Positions 9,605 through 19,916 of a stretch of 20,554 nucleotides of DNA are shown piece after piece. The DNA is taken from contig JANKJI020000004.1 in NCBI GenBank assembly GCA_024626585.2, forward strand, positions 150,784,412 to 150,804,965. Reading direction: 5' to 3'. The notes under the pieces were generated by a model. The model saw only the letters and a program-made list of their open reading frames with translations, was not told the origin of the DNA and ran no database searches. This stretch comes from Ginkgo biloba (lineage: Eukaryota; Plantae; Ginkgophyta). Within the stretch, counting starts at the first letter, position 1. Every line of letters begins with the position of its first letter. The position numbers were made by a program, and so were the translations under genes.

Positions 9605-12176
9605 AAGCTTATTGCCTTTACCATCTAACCAAAAAAATTCTCTCATTATTTTATCCAATTAGTCTAAATGAGATTTATTAGAAGTCCAACATGAAGAATA
9701 GTAAATGTTCTAAGTTGAGATCACTTTTGAACAAACTTCAAACCTTTTCGCTAGACATAAAAATCTATTTTTCTATTTACTTAATTTAGAGACAAACTTA
9801 CTCAAAATCGAATCCCATAATAGGTTTAAAGTAATTTCATTTCCATATGGAATTCCCAATAGTCTTATTATCTCTCCCTTCAATAACCATTTCCAACCAA
9901 TTTCTTCTTTCCAGTGATATTCTAAAACCTCATTGATATCGAATGCTTCTGTTTTCTTATGGTTAAGCTTACTACCTGATGCCAAATATAATATATCTAG
10001 TTTTTCTAGAGTTTATTTAATCTGCATTTAATTTTCTTGAAGGATTAAAGTTGTGTCATCTGCAAAGAAGGAATTTATCAACCTGTGACCATTGCGAAGT
10101 TGGAGACCTTTAATATAATTTCTTCCATCTACTTTTGATAGATAACTTATAACTTCAAAAGATAAAATAAATAAGGCAAGTTATAAGGGGCCACCTTATC
10201 TTATAGATATTTAAATCCGAATCTTNNNNNNNNNNNNNNNNNAGAAGTATCTCTATTGGCCAATATTCTTGCATTAGCTGAGGAAAAAAGAGATGACACC
10301 ATTTTTCTAAATCTTTATCCAAAACCTAATGCAACAAGAATCGTTTGCATAAAATTCCATTCTATTCTATCATAAGCTTTCTCAAAGTTAATTAGTAAGA
10401 CTACAATACTCTATTTAGATCTTGTGGCCTAGTCTATACCTTCCCAAACAACTAGAAGATTTTTAAGAATATATCTTCCTTTGNNNNNNNNNNNNNNNTG
10501 CGATAATAGAAGGGAGAAGGTCTTTGATTCTTCTCAATATTAATTTAGGTAGAATTTTATAAGCCATATTATGTGAGGTTAATGGCCTCTAATTGGGGAT
10601 AAGTTGTTTATATTTAGATTTTGGGAGTAATTTGATTACACCTATATGTATAAATTCCCCCATATTATTGACTCAATTATCTCATTATAGAGATGCAAAA
10701 GATCATTACCGATTGAGGCNNNNNNNNNNNNNNNNNNNNNNNNNNNNNNNNNNNNNNNNNNNNNNNNNNNNNNNNNNNNNNNNNNNNNNNNNNNNNNNNN
10801 NNNNNNNNNNNNNNNNNNNNNNNNNNNNNNNNNNNNNNNNNNNNNNNNNNNNNNNNNNNNNNNNNNNNNNNNNNNNNNNNNNNNNNNNNNNNNNNNNNNN
10901 NNNNNNNNNNNNNNNNNNNNNNNNNNNNNNNNNNNNNNNNNNNNNNNNNNNNNNNNNNNNNNNNNNNNNNNNNNNNNNNNNNNNNNNNNNNNNNNNNNNN
11001 NNNNNNNNNNNNNNNNNNNNNNNNNTTTAAGTATTACAAAATAATTTAAAAAACATATCACCTTCCTTTAACCAAGTTAACTTACTTCTTATTTTTTGAC
11101 CACATTCAAGTCTTACTTATTATTTTTTAAGGGTTTGTTTAATGTATCTATGAGAAACTATTTCTCCTCACAAAATGGATTATTTTCTAAATTTTGGAGG
11201 CCCACAACAAATCCTTTTCTTCCTTTTCTTCTTTTTCTCTTCTTAGTAGAACTATTTTCCTTTCAAAAAGAGATAATACATTTGATCGTGGATTCCTACT
11301 AGCTAACACATCCCCTTTTATTGGAAGGTTTAGGAAAGAGATTCTATAAGGTTGAAATACCTTCTTTTAAATATTTAGATTCCAACAAGAAAATATTAAT
11401 CTTAAAAAGGAAGGTTTTTAGTTCTAGATCCATATAATCTTTTGTAAGAATCTTATAGGAGATAGGAAAATGATCAGAAATGGTTGTTGAGATAATAAAG
11501 ANNNNNNNNNNNNNNNNNNNNNNNNNNNNNNNNNNNNNNNNNNNNNNNNNNNNNNNNNNNNNNNNNCTAGAATTCTCTTTTTACCTCTTTTAATATTACT
11601 CCACATAAACCACAATTGATTATCATCTATAATAATCTTCCACATTGGTTCTTTAATCCTTAGTTTTTAGTTTTATAGTTAAGTTAGGCAACTTTTTCTC
11701 TCATAATAAAAGAAAAAGGGCAACATCCTTTTTTTTTATCTTGAGTATTAATATGTTAAAATCCCCAATTAAAAACTAAGGAATNNNNNNNNNNNNNNNN
11801 NNCAACTCCATATCATGATTCTATTTTTAACATCATTAGGGAAATAAATTACGACAATATTGATTTTTTCTTTTTGTTCTTTTAAAATTGAAATCCAGGT
11901 GGCCCTATTACATAGACTTGAACCTTTCTTTAAAATATTTCTATCTTAAAGAGGGTTAACAAGAATTGTAGACCCCCCTCTTACTTCCGGATGGTCAGCG
12001 AAAGTTTGATTTGCATCTCTCCAAATATAATGTAGAGATTTTTATAATGATTTTTTTATAATATTAACTTCTTGAAGCCTTAAAATGTCAGGATTAAAAG
12101 TCTTCTTAAGTGTATTCATAATAAATCACCTATTTATAACTTCAATAACTATTATATTCCAAGAAATAATTTTCAT
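9605..12176 (-). pseudogene. LINE ORF2: AP endonuclease + reverse transcriptase (pseudogenised)
   Basis: Starts MKIISWNI at 12176. Endonuclease motifs: PDILRLQEV, RGGSTILV, IVVIYFPND, IGDFN, WFMWSN, SDHFPI. Linker: RSKLTWLKEGD. RT motifs: GVIKLLPK, N*RPL..N..YKIL, KGRYILKN, INFEKAYDRIEW, SIR*GGPL, FADD (10055-10066), ASGSKLNHKKT, RLLGIP, MREFFW. The C-terminal region is absent. Confidence 0.93.
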
Positions 12177-12520
12177 TTAAAAGAGTTTAGGAGATTAGGG
12201 TCGCGAAAACCCTGAGAATCTTTTTCTAAAATTACAAGATCTTTTTTAAATTCTAAAATATCTTCATAGGGAAACTTTACTTTATCCATTTTAATAGTAA
12301 AATATAAATTAGAACAATAGTTAGATGGCACCAAAGGGTTTTTAGAAACATTTATTTGTTCCTTCAATTTTCCCATTATTTCATCTTTCTCACTCTTTGA
12401 TAGAGCCTTGGAGCCTCATTTTGCTTCTTTTTTCTTATTTTCAACCTTCACCCATTCACTGCCATCTTTATTCACTATCTTAACTAATTTAGGATAATAT
12501 TATTTTCTATGTTCTTGAAT
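12173..12520 (-). pseudogene. LINE ORF1 C-terminal remnant
   Basis: The frame of ORF 12173..12376 extends upstream through one stop to SEWVKVENKKK (WxxVxxKK-type motif) and a possible decayed zinc knuckle (FACIQEHRK*YYPK). It lies immediately 5' of ORF2. Confidence 0.6.
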
Positions 12521-12799
12521 GCATGCAAATCTAGAACATGTGCAAAGAACTGAAAACAACAAACAATTATTTTCCTAGATCTAAATGCAAACTCAGATAA
12601 AANNNNNNNNNNNNNNNNNNNNNNNNNNNNNNNNNNNNNNNNNNNNNNNNNNNNNNNNNNNNNNNNNNNNNNNNNNNNNNNNNNNNNNNNNNNNNNNNNN
12701 NNGAGGCATATATCTTTACAATAGAGAAAAAAAGATAATTAAAAACATATGGAAATTTATAGAAACACCAAAGAAGAATTTATTAATAATGAACTAGAA

Positions 12800-13360
12800 A
12801 CTATTATCTTTCTCATTACTATAATTATTGATGTTGAAGTCAATATCATGGAAAACATCCACCTAAAAAATATTTTGAAATGTGAAGGAAGAATTTAGTT
12901 GGATCCAAATACTTTTCTATTACAATTTAAAGTTATCTATAGAATTTTATGTTTACTCCAAATATGTATATAAATTATTACTCTTTTCTTACACTCTAAA
13001 GGGAAGAACATTACTCTAGGTTATGAGCCTAGATAGGGATCTATTAGCATATGGAAATAAAAGTAGAGATTTATTTTTAAATAGTACTAAGGTAACTATA
13101 AAGATTCCAATTTAAAAGATGAAATCCTATGACTCAAAATAAGGGAATGAGGAGTCATGAAAGTACTATATCAACCTCCAAAACTACCTTACAAGTTGAT
13201 GTCCAAATCATGGATATAAGAAATCCATCTTGAATACCTTATTTTTATATGACATATAACCAAGTGTTTAGATGTTGATGTATTTGATAACTTTCGAAGA
13301 AATAACATCTTCCTAATTATAGAAAATTAAATATTTATGTTTGTAATACTCTAAATATTC
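12800..13360 (+). mobile_element. gag: Highly degenerate Ty3/gypsy gag (Retrotrans_gag-like)
   Basis: MENIHLKNILKCEGRI*LDPNTFLLQFKVIYR...KLLLFSYTLKGRTLL*VMSL...SISIWK...LKDEIL...NEES...ILNTLFL. This matches the plant gypsy gag pattern MKNI..F.G...DP.TFL..F...KL.LF..TLK..A..W...L...SI..W. Confidence 0.75.
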
Positions 13361-14109
13361 AAAAGAATGGTGAGGAAAGAAACCTATGGATATGATAAAA
13401 TTCCTACCCATGGGCCTAATCCAAAATGGGATGATAGATTCTAACACTATTAATAAGGTAGGAATAAGAAATCTATTAGTTGTCTTAATGAATATATTTT
13501 ACCTTCGATAGTAACATAATTAATACATATAAATATTAAAATAAGGAAGATAAATTTGGCTACTTCAATACCATTGGACAATTTATTCTCTAATATCAAT
13601 ATAAATATTTGGTAAATAACTATCCCATTGATATAGTATGAGTTCAATATGGAATTAATGAATATGATCATTTAGATAAGGTTTTCTTAATGTTGAATGG
13701 GTTGAAGGTTATTAATAATGGGGAAAAGGATGCATTTTCACATATGTGTGATAATCAAAAGTAAAAGAGGAGATGATGAAATAAATAAGATATAGATAAT
13801 TGATTCGACCCACATAAGAATTTGGGCCATATCACTTTTACAAAGATCAATTTATCCTCTAGGTATATATCAATATAGTCATACTTTGATTAAGATAATT
13901 AGAGTCACATTTGATTACCTTTTAGGGAAGGAACTTGTTAAAGTAGATGGAGGCATAAGAACATTAATCATCTTATCAAATAGTATAAGTAAAATTCTAA
14001 AAGTGTTAGTTAACTTAGGGGATTTCATTAACATGATGACAATAAAAACTATGAAATTACTATCATTGGATGCAGGGAGACAATGGGCTTCATTATTGGC
14101 AAGGGGAGA

Positions 14110-14807
14110 CACCTCTGGCATATAGCATGGCTAGTTTTCCTTTTGTCTTGTGCTTGTGCAAGTTCTCTTCTGTGCTCTCCGACTGGCCGCTTTTGTGTAG
14201 TGGGAAACTCGGCTCTGAGGGCGTTGTCGCAACTTCTTGAGGCTTACTTTCCTGGTTTTCGGTGCGTGTGCTTAGGGCACTATGTTTTTCTCCGCAACTC
14301 ATGTGTTTCCCTTATGTTGTTGCTCATGTGTGGAGGGGAAGCCCTTTGCTTCTCCTTTGGCTGGCGACCGTGGTGGACAGTTGTTCTAGCCCTGGTGGAG
14401 GTTGCTCATGGTCTCTCGTTGGATGGTCACTCGTTTGTGGATGTGCATCTTCTCTGGTGGACTTATTTTGGTTGTGGCGGCCAACTCACTCAACGACGTT
14501 CTTTTTTGGTCAATCTTGGCACCCTGCGTGGCTGCCCTAGTGTATTAGCTATTAGGGTTTGATCCCTGCAATTGTGGTCTATGTTTTGGGTGTATGCCAA
14601 CCCTTGCATGGGGACTGAAGGTTTATTCTGGGTATGTGTTTTGATACCTTACTTCTAAAGGTTTTGTAGGGTTTGTTAGTGGGTTTTAGTGTCTGTCAAC
14701 TCCCTGCATGGTGCTCGAAGCGTGTTTATCGTCTGTTAGCACCCTACGTGGTGCCCATGGTTAACTCTACCCTTTGTGGACTGCCTTGCCCTTAGGGTTT
14801 GTTGTTG
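14110..14807 (+). other. A-poor, GT-rich, CpG-retaining island with internal degenerate repeats; probably a younger TE UTR/LTR insertion
   Basis: Sharp compositional shift from the flanks. A CACCCTGCGTGGTGCCC-like motif recurs at 14518, 14596, 14697 and 14738. TAGGGTTT occurs at 14553, 14667 and 14793. Confidence 0.6.
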
Positions 14808-14880
14808 NNNNNNNNNNNNNNNNNNNNNNNNNNNNNNNNNNNNNNNNNNNNNNNNNNNNNNNNNNNNNNNNNNNNNNNNT

Positions 14881-15480
14881 ACATAATTAGAGTAACTTCT
14901 TACTGTTCATATGATGTATCCTACTTTAGATACTTAGTGGATCTCCTCATTAGGGATTGTTCTAAAGGAGGGAAGTAAGTCAAGAATTTGTGTTAACTAT
15001 ATAAATTTGATAAATACCACTTATAAGGATCATTTATTTTACCATTTATTGATTAGGTTCTAGATAAGCTGGATAGTAAGATGTAATTCTCTTTTATTTA
15101 TGATTTTTTTTGGTTATAATCAAATCTAAATTAGGGAAATACTAAATTCATTTGTCCTTGGGAAATATTCATATATCATGTGTTACCATTTTATTTATTT
15201 AATGTTCCTACTAAATTTTAGTGGGTTGTTGTTAGTAATTTTTGTGAGTAAATTAATGATTTCATTGAGGTATATATGGATTATTTTTCTCTTTATGGTG
15301 ATATACTTGACAAAGAATTAGAATGAATGGAACTCATACTATAAAAATATGACTAGACAAAACTCTCTTTAAGTAGTAAAAAATGAAATATGTTAACGAC
15401 ATTAGTCATTAGGCATTATGCTTGGGAAAATTACTCATTAAGGATGAAATTATGGTAGATCATGTAAATATAGCTATAAG
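14881..15480 (+). mobile_element. pol: Degenerate Ty3/gypsy (Athila-like) reverse transcriptase fragment
   Basis: MYPTLDT*WISSLGIVLK...RICVNYINL..TTYKDH.LPFID*VLD...FSF...GYNQI...FICPWEIF.YHVLPFYLFNVPTKF*...IEVYMDYFSLYGD (YMDD relic at 15273-15284)...LSLSSKK...GIMLG...IMVD. Confidence 0.9.
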
Positions 15481-16583
15481 GTATATTTGGCAATAAAAAA
15501 ATCATATCATGCATATGGCATGTACTAGAATATTCCAACATGATGAGACACGCCCTTAATTAGAACAATTTGTTGATTGTATCATGATTTGATAAAAAAA
15601 TATTGATGATGGGAATGTTCCCCCCACTGAGCTTTTGTAAAAGGATATTGGATTATAAGTAGGTATTAGAAACAAGTCCAAGGGGTGAGAGATAAGTGTA
15701 ATTTCATATATATATTATTTATGAATGAATAAATTATTGTCTATTTTTCCCAGACTAGTATTTTTGTATGTGATTGTTTGATGTGTGATGATCCTTGGTT
15801 GTATGCAGATGTTCTAATGTCTTGTAGGAAGAATTCTAGAGAGAAATTTGATTTCAAAGTTAGAACATAGGAAATATTGGAAGGATTAGTATCAGAGTAA
15901 GGTAGACATATCATCTATTTATAAATATCCCAAACATTCAACCACAATAAAGCATTGTAGTCTGCACTAAATAAATTAACGAATAGTCAAAATGAAAGAA
16001 TATTGCATTTAACTAAACAAAGAGTTAAACATTGATTTCATTGTTGAATTCAGGAATTTCTGAAAAAAAATAAGGAAGAAAAGTTTTTTTAGGATAGATA
16101 GTTTAAATCGAAAAAGTGGACCTTTGAGATAGCTAGAAAGAATGCTTAGGTGGCCAATATTATGAATCATTAAGCTAAATAGGGCAGGACATAAATTTTT
16201 ACAAGTGATGCATAGAGAGATAAAGCTCCTATGTATTCACCATAGGATTAGGCAGATCATATCATTTTTCNNNNNNNNNNNNNNNNNNNNNNNNNNNNNN
16301 NNNNNNNNNNNNNNNNNNNNNNNNNNNNNNNNNNNNNNNNNNNNNNNNNNNNNNNNNNNNNNNNNNNNNNATTATGATGTTGAATTATTCCTTGAGAGAT
16401 AAGCATATTATATTGAGAGATACATTATTTTCTTAAGTGAGCATTATCCACATTGCATAGATTCCAGCTTCTTGTCCTCTTGAGTCTACTATCTAGAATA
16501 GGATTGGCCTTAAGAGTTCCATATTATCTATATTTTTCCCTCATTGCATGTGTTTCTCTAGTTCTATCTCATATTTGGAGTAA

Positions 16584-16601
16584 TTTACAATGGTGGTAGT
16601 G
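16584..16601 (+). promoter_or_regulatory. Candidate LTR end (TTTACA) + primer-binding site (TGGTGGTAGTG)
   Basis: ...TTTACA-A-TGG... has the canonical LTR/PBS geometry. I could not confidently assign the cognate tRNA. Confidence 0.3.
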
Positions 16602-16810
16602 ACATCAAAGGATTGGAGGCTTACTTAATGGGAGTTGGGTTCTCATTTTATTAAATATTTTGGGTCTAGGTGCATTTATTCCAAACTTTCTTTATAGTTT
16701 AGCATTTGTAGAAATTTGAAATTCAAGGAAAAGGAAAAGATTTAATTTTGAATTCTTGTGTGTTACTTTCATGAGTTTATTTTCTTGTTTTCTTGAATCA
16801 TTTGTTGAAT

Positions 16811-16893
16811 TAATAAAAGAGATATCATTTTTATCTCTCTTTTATTATAAAATTTTAGAATTAGCTTTTGGCCAATTCTAAAATTTTAGAATT
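16811..16893. repeat. Adjacent AT-rich inverted repeats
   Basis: TAATAAAAGAGA (16811-16822) pairs with TCTCTTTTATTA (16836-16847). AATTCTAAAATTTTAGAATT (16874-16893) is a perfect 20-bp palindrome, partly duplicated at 16848-16862. Confidence 0.85.
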
Positions 16894-17247
16894 TTGATTA
16901 AGCTAAAGGGGAGGCTCTGCCCAATTTTGGGGAGAATTTTACCTCTAAGATTTTATTATCTTGTGTAATTCTAAGAGAATTTTAATTAAGGATTTGGTCT
17001 TTATTGATTTTTATTTCTTTCTTTGATTTCATATTTTGATTTATTTTATTTTTTCTTAAATTATTTTTTATTTGGTTAGGAAATTAAAGGGAAAGGGAAT
17101 TGAATTGATAGTTAAGAAAGAGTTCTACTTTATTTTATTTTATTTTTCATTGTTGAATAGTTTCTCCTTATGCCTTTGGGAGTTCCTATTAGGAAGGATA
17201 GATTTGTGCATATTGTTATTTTTTAGTGTTATAATAAATATGTTATT

Positions 17248-17270
17248 AGGGGGATGTGTTAAGGGAAAAA
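17248..17270 (+). mobile_element. Polypurine tract and start of a 3' LTR
   Basis: AGGGGGATG (17248-17256) is immediately followed by TGTTAAGGGAAAAA (17257 onward), the classic PPT-TG junction of plant LTR elements. Confidence 0.6.
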
Positions 17271-18545
17271 TTTAAAATATCTTTCTTTATGTATGTGTTT
17301 GCATGATTCCCCCTTTCTTTATTTTGCAAAAGAAAAGAAAAAGTGAAAGTTAGAATTCATTTTTTCACTTTTGAAATGGAAAGGAAAATTTATTTTTGAA
17401 TTAGTTACTTTATGTGCATCACCTTTCATACACATCCTGATGTGAGGCGTATGGTGCATTCCATAAATCTATAACTCATCCATGATTTGGGCATGATGTT
17501 ATTATCGCATTGAATATGGTTTGGGGATAGGATAGTTGAGTCTACTACACATGTACACAGGAGGAGGATTTAAGAACACTTTTCGTTTTATTAAAAAAAA
17601 TATACAAATATTTCTTATTACATTTAAAATATAATACTTTCTTTATAATAGGCCCATTGGCCTATTCATAGGTTTTCATACACATTGTTCTCCATTGGGG
17701 TTTTCTTACAGTATTACACTATCTCCCTCCTTGGAGAATTTACACCAAACACTTAAATATCCATCCCCAACTACCTCATATTCAATGGTTNNNNNNNNNN
17801 NNNNNNNNNNNNNNNNNNNNNNNNNNNNNNNNNNNNNNNNNNNNNNNNNNNNNNNNNNNNNNNNNNNNNNNNNNNNNNNNNNNNNNNNNNTTTGTCTTTT
17901 CGTAGTCATGTAGCATTGATGTCATGAATTCTTATTGGGAATTTAAGTTCTCTCATCTTCCCCCTTACTTCTTAAATTTTCTAGTAATTTATATTTTTAA
18001 TAAAATATAAAATATGCATTTAACTTTTTACTATTTTTATCTTATGCTTTCCTCTCCTATTTTTAACTCCTTGCACCTTTTGTATAGTATATAGAATAAT
18101 ACTATTTCTAATGAATGTGGAAACATTTCCTTATCCCTAATATTATTTAAAAATTACATGTTATTTAATCTTAGCAATTCTACTTGTAGGAATTTTTAGG
18201 TTATTCCTCACTCAAATATTTCATTTGCATCAAATACACTTTGGTTTTGTTTAAATGTTAACATAAATTTTCTTATTTAATATTCTACGATTGAATAATT
18301 TTTTCTATCATTATGGATTGAAGCAACTTTCGTTTGTTGAGCAAGTGCATCCATTAGGTATTTTATTAAGCCAATTTATATTGTCTTTTAGATGTGTTTA
18401 TTTTGAGCACTTACTATAAATTAACCATATCTCCATTTTAAATTCAAGATCTTAAATGTGGCAATCGTACCAAGTTTTTTTGTCTTTTGCTTACTTCCAT
18501 CTCCCACAAATGCACACATGCTTCATCAAGTCATAACAAGTGGTG

Positions 18546-18988
18546 GTTGCTCACTTTATATCTTTTAATGTTGTCCTTAGACTGTTTGATGTTCAACAAG
18601 AAGTTTTGCCTGCAGGATCTTCCCTTTTATCCTCCTAGGAGCTACTTATGAGTGGTTTCTAAGTTTGCCTCTCAATTCTCTTACCTCATGGGAAAACTTT
18701 GAGAATTCCTTCTTAACCCAATTTGGACATATTGTAGATCCCAACACCCTTTACCAATACTTTACTATCTTAATAAGGGATTCGAACGAATCCATCAATA
18801 CCTTCAACACCAGATTCTAAAAGGCCTATAATGGGATTCCTCCTGCATACCAATTGGTTGATGCCCTAGCCCTAGAAACATATAAAAATTCCTTGGATCC
18901 CATGATTATAGTCTTCTTAAGGGGTGACATGGGTATCTCCACCTTGGCACAGGATTATACATAGGTTGTCAACATTGAAAGATAACTT
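18546..18988 (+). mobile_element. gag: Degenerate Ty3/gypsy gag (Retrotrans_gag-like, possibly Tat-type)
   Basis: AHFISFNVVLRLFDVQQEV/ACRIFPFILLGATYEWFLSLPLNSLTSWENFENSFLTQFG...NESINTFNTRF*KAYNGIPP...YKNSLDP...FLRG...TLAQDYT*VVNIE. This fits the gag WF..LP..S..SW..F and E....FN.RF pattern. Confidence 0.88.
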
Positions 18989-19331
18989 TATCCTTAAGAA
19001 TAATTCATCCCTGCTACCCTCAACGTGAATCTAAAGCTTCCCATAAACGACGTCTTACCATTAGCTTTCCATGATCTAATCCAATAAGAAAGACATGATT
19101 ATATCCAAGCCATTAAGACCATTGAAAATCATCACCTTGCTCCTATTACACCTAAAANNNNNNNNNNNNNNNNNNNNNNNNNNNNNNNNNNNNNNNNNNN
19201 NNNNNNNNNNNNNNNNNNNNNNNNNNNNNNNNNNNNNNNNNNNNNNNNNNNNNNNNNTTGTTTAGAACAAAATGAAAGGAAAACACATGCACACACCCAA
19301 TCCTACAACTACTAAAAATTTGTACAGTTAA

Positions 19332-19916
19332 CTAGGTCTGATCCAAGACCTGTAGCTCAGGTTTATTTCTCATCATCTGTATGAAGTGCTCTTGGTTAAC
19401 TAATTTTTTATAGGGCTTGAGTCGATACCCATTAGCAAGAAATTCAATGCCACTTCCATTGATAGATTCGAGTAACACTATTCCATTGGAGAAGACCTAT
19501 TTTATTTAATAGGGGCCCATCCATTGTATATGGAAATTGCTTAAAAAATTATTGTACCTTGAATCATAAAGCAACGCCAAGTCTCCTAGTTTAAATTCTT
19601 TCATTCTCAAATGTTTGTCGTGCCATTGCTTACACTAAATTTGAACAAGATCCATATACTGCATTGTCTCTTGCCTAAATTCATCTAACTGATGTATTTC
19701 TTCCAGTTTCTTTTGTTGCACTTCTTCCAGATTGCGACACATTCATTGTTCCATCTTGAAAGTCTTGATCTCTAGTTTAATGGGCATGGCCACAAATTTT
19801 CCATACACTAGTTGGAATGGTGTAAAGCCTGTAGTTGTTTCCCACATGATTTGGTATGCCCATACTTCTTCTGAAAGTCATTCTCCCTAATCACGATGAT
19901 GTAATATGACATATTT
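19332..19916 (-). mobile_element. pol: Ty3/gypsy (Athila-like) integrase C-terminal half, pseudogenised
   Basis: A single frame of 195 codons: HHRD*GE*LSEEVWAYQIMWETTTGFTPFQLVYGK..MPI.LE...QLDEFRQ...KQWHDKHLRMKEFKLGDLALLYDSR...WMGPY...FSNG.V.L...NGYRLKPY. It has a GPY/F module and no chromodomain. Confidence 0.93.

Larger units (their letters stand above)
9605..12520 (-). mobile_element. Degenerate L1-clade LINE (ORF1 tail + ORF2), truncated at both ends
   Basis: An APE endonuclease followed by a non-LTR RT in the correct order and spacing (see ORF2), preceded by an ORF1-like tail. Confidence 0.93.
1422..19257. other. 18 assembly gaps (N-runs)
   Basis: Exactly 100 N: 4434-4533, 6063-6162, 9361-9460, 12603-12702, 16271-16370, 17791-17890, 19158-19257. 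Variable length: 1422-1662, 2892-3298, 5033-5042, 7349-7407, 8529-8556, 10226-10242, 10484-10498, 10720-11025, 11502-11566, 11785-11802, 14808-14879. Confidence 0.97.

Noticed and set aside
13450-14125. Hydrophobic ORFs and a CDNQ-like copia RNase H motif
   Set aside because: No flanking copia motifs appear in any frame, and the AT-rich composition explains the translations.
14083-14562. 159-aa ORF, the longest gap-free ORF in the window
   Set aside because: The A-poor sequence suppresses stop codons in several frames at once, and the C/L/V/W-rich product has no domain signature.
15887-15898. TAGTATCAGAGT, a 10/12 match to the tRNA-iMet PBS TGGTATCAGAGC
   Set aside because: It is not preceded by an LTR-terminal CA and no gag follows, so it is insufficient on its own.
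1336-17913. ORF-track entries containing X runs (e.g. 1336..1689, 9200..9568, 10593..11030, 12585..12797, 16205..16402, 17695..17913)
   Set aside because: They are open only because they span N gaps.
17893-18354. Minus-strand coiled-coil-like translation (MDALAQQTKVASI...)
   Set aside because: Stop density is not clearly below the random expectation and no motif is present.
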